A DNA stretch of 62,656 nucleotides, filler included, from Squatina squatina (lineage: Eukaryota): assembly GCA_031763465.1 (NCBI GenBank). It is 3 parts of 3 records of this genome, joined end to end, with 100 filler letters (N's around TTAATTAATTAA, not from the genome) between each part and the next. Parts side by side here need not be neighbours in the genome. Positions count along the whole stretch, not along the records: positions 35,850 to 62,656 come from JARFOE010000001.1; 2 more parts are not named here. One strand, 5' to 3'. The translations under genes were made by a program, and so were the position numbers. The notes beneath the pieces are model-generated. The model searched no databases and had not been told where the DNA came from. It worked only from the letters and a program-made list of their open reading frames with translations. Each line of letters begins with the position of its first letter. Position 1 is the first letter of the stretch. Positions 60,762-62,656 of the stretch are shown piece after piece.

Positions 60762-61524
60762 GGCCCAGATTTTGCTGTAATAATAACGGCAAGGCTATCA
60801 GCTCTCACCGTTAATATAGAGTAATTCTGACAGCAACTTCTAGCATCCGCAAATGTGCAGTTAAATGTGGAAATCCAGAAGTCGCTATCAGGGACACCGT
60901 GCTCCTCCAAAAAGTGCACTGTTTCACTCCTCGCTGATGAGTCTCAGCACTGAAATCTCTGTATTTGCGTGAAATTGCTGCACTTGCCCACTAGTTCGCC
61001 ACTAAACACGGCTGAAAAGATTAACGATGGTATATTTAGGAGTAAGTGAGTTTTTAACAGCGTATTAAGTGATCATTAATGCTGAACAACCTCTCTAGCC
61101 ATGAAAAATTCATTTTACAAGTGTGGAATCTCATTCCATAAGAAAATTAATGTTGCAGATTTTAAAAAATTAAATGTCTTTAATATTTTTTCTGTTTGTC
61201 TCTTTTATCTCTCTCCCTGAATTCCATTTGTATTTCTCAATCTTTATTTCGCTTTCCATACATCATTAAATGTAATTTATATTTCCTGCTTCATACTTCC
61301 AAGTGTGTCTCAGCGAGGATTCTTTTATCTGATTGGTTGAAGAGCCTCGCTGTTGCTTTGCCTGTTCACAGAAGCCACAAATTCTCTGTCGAGGTTGGTG
61401 CACTGGAAAAGATGGTGGATTAGTGGAAATCTCCGCTGACAAGCTCGCAAAATGGCCTTGGGCTGCTGTCAGCGAGGTGAACGGCAAAAGCCATTCCTTC
61501 ACCGATGAGACCAAAATCTGAGCC
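60762..61524. mobile_element. Intact non-autonomous DNA transposon (Harbinger-like MITE), 763 bp
   Basis: TIRs GGCCCAGATTTTG (60762-60774) and CAAAATCTGAGCC (61512-61524), 12/13 match; flanked by a 3-bp ATT duplication. Confidence 0.75.
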
Positions 61525-62318
61525 ATTAACCTGTTGTTTCCAGGGAGCTGTGAAACAAAATGATTAATATTACATGCGGTAAAAATCTCTGATGTTTGAC
61601 AGTTTTGAATTGCATTTCGATTGAATTGGGTAAGCCCAGAAAAATCAGTTGGGCCGAACAGTTCCCTTATTTGACTTATATGAGAACAAAGTTGCTCATA
61701 ACATAACCAGGGACAGAAATAATAAGTGAACATTAAATAGGTTCGAAATGAATATGCACATATTTGGACTGGTTTTACCATGTGATAACTGCTGCTGTGC
61801 TAACAGAGATAGTCCCTGGTGAGATTATTTACATGTTCACAGAACATGTTCATCTTTCCCCAGACTGTAAATGGGTGTTACGTACTTAAATGTTCATAGA
61901 TATGAAGATAAAATTTGGCTCAATTGAAGTTTGTGACATCCACATTTGTGGAGAAACACCAGTGCTTACATTGAGTGCGAATAACCGAGTACATGGGCAC
62001 AGAGCAGGGCAAAATAATCCTGTATTGATTTTGTAATATTGGCATTCATTGTGTAGCATGGAATGGATTCTTTTTCTGCTGCAGTTGAAGAGATCTTTGA
62101 TCATTTGTTTTCCTTAGTGGTAGCAACCTCCATAAACCCTCGAGCGTGGGTTAGCTCCTATCTAGGCTCTCTGTGAGGAAGTAGGTAAGTCTGCAGCAGG
62201 ATATATGGATGTGTACCTGATATAAGGTCTGTTATTTACTTCAGGATGATATATGTATACTTATATCCTCCTAATTGGCTGTTGTTTTGCTTTACCAGGA
62301 AAATCTTTTAGTCTTATA

Positions 62319-62498
62319 ATGGATGACCACAGTGGCTCCTTGGACAGCCCCCAGTCTGTCCGAGCCCGGCAAAATGTCATTAAGTGTGGATGGCTGAGGA
62401 AGCAAGGAGGCTTTGTCAAGACTTGGCACACACGATGGTTTGTGCTGAAAGGGGACCAGCTTCACTACTACAAGGACGAAGATGAAAACAGACCACTG
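62319..62498 (+). CDS. ARHGAP24: First coding exon of Rho GAP 24/FilGAP (exon 62299-62498), start of the PH domain: MDDHSGSLDSPQSVRARQNVIKCGWLRKQGGFVKTWHTRWFVLKGDQLHYYKDEDENRPL
   Basis: Acceptor tttaccag|G at 62299, ATG at 62319, 60 codons, donor CTG|gtaagg. KCGWLRKQGGFVKTWHTRWFVLKGDQL matches ARHGAP24, and it is head to head with WDFY3 as in mammals. Confidence 0.96.
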
Positions 62499-62656
62499 GT
62501 AAGGAGGCCAACGTCAAAAGTTGATATATGATAGCAGGCATCTTTCAAAGACTTCATGTGAATTTAGTGTTTAAGCAGAAGTGCCCTATTTGAACTGATT
62601 AATGAGTCACCTCACAGGATTGCATGGTATTGTGGCAGACATTTTTATGTTCATCG

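Noticed and set aside
1-62656. Novel compact gene cluster or fusion of ADGRA2/ZNF703, miR-181 and WDFY3/ARHGAP24
   Set aside because: The compactness comes from fixed-length spacers and the adjacency from synthetic linkers; within blocks 1 and 3 the gene order is the ordinary vertebrate one

Overview
Vertebrate genomic DNA, most likely a shark or other elasmobranch judging by the repeats (DeuSINE/SacSINE1-like SINEs, CR1, L2, Penelope, Harbinger). It comes from a fragmented assembly of roughly 1-3 kb contigs joined mostly by 100-N spacers, so distances are not real. Two artificial N44-TTAATTAATTAA-N44 linkers (20882-20981, 35750-35849) divide the window into three blocks that are probably unrelated. 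Block 1 (1-20881, GC-richer) holds minus-strand pieces of the ZNF703-ERLIN2-ADGRA2 cluster: the complete terminal exon of ADGRA2, one ERLIN2 exon missed by the ORF track, part of the large ZNF703 exon, and enhancer-like non-coding DNA upstream of ZNF703. Block 2 (20982-35749, AT-rich) holds two miR-181a hairpins on the minus strand, a candidate 12-nt micro-exon, tandem arrays and a decayed L2 LINE. Block 3 (35850-62656) holds two WDFY3 coding exons (-) and the first coding exon plus a probable promoter/5' exon of ARHGAP24 (+), head to head. I found no support for a new multi-gene biological system. The items most worth following up are the doubled miR-181a (paralog chimera or real duplication), the Penelope hammerhead-ribozyme relics, the L2 insertions with inverted structure, and the regulatory motifs near ZNF703.
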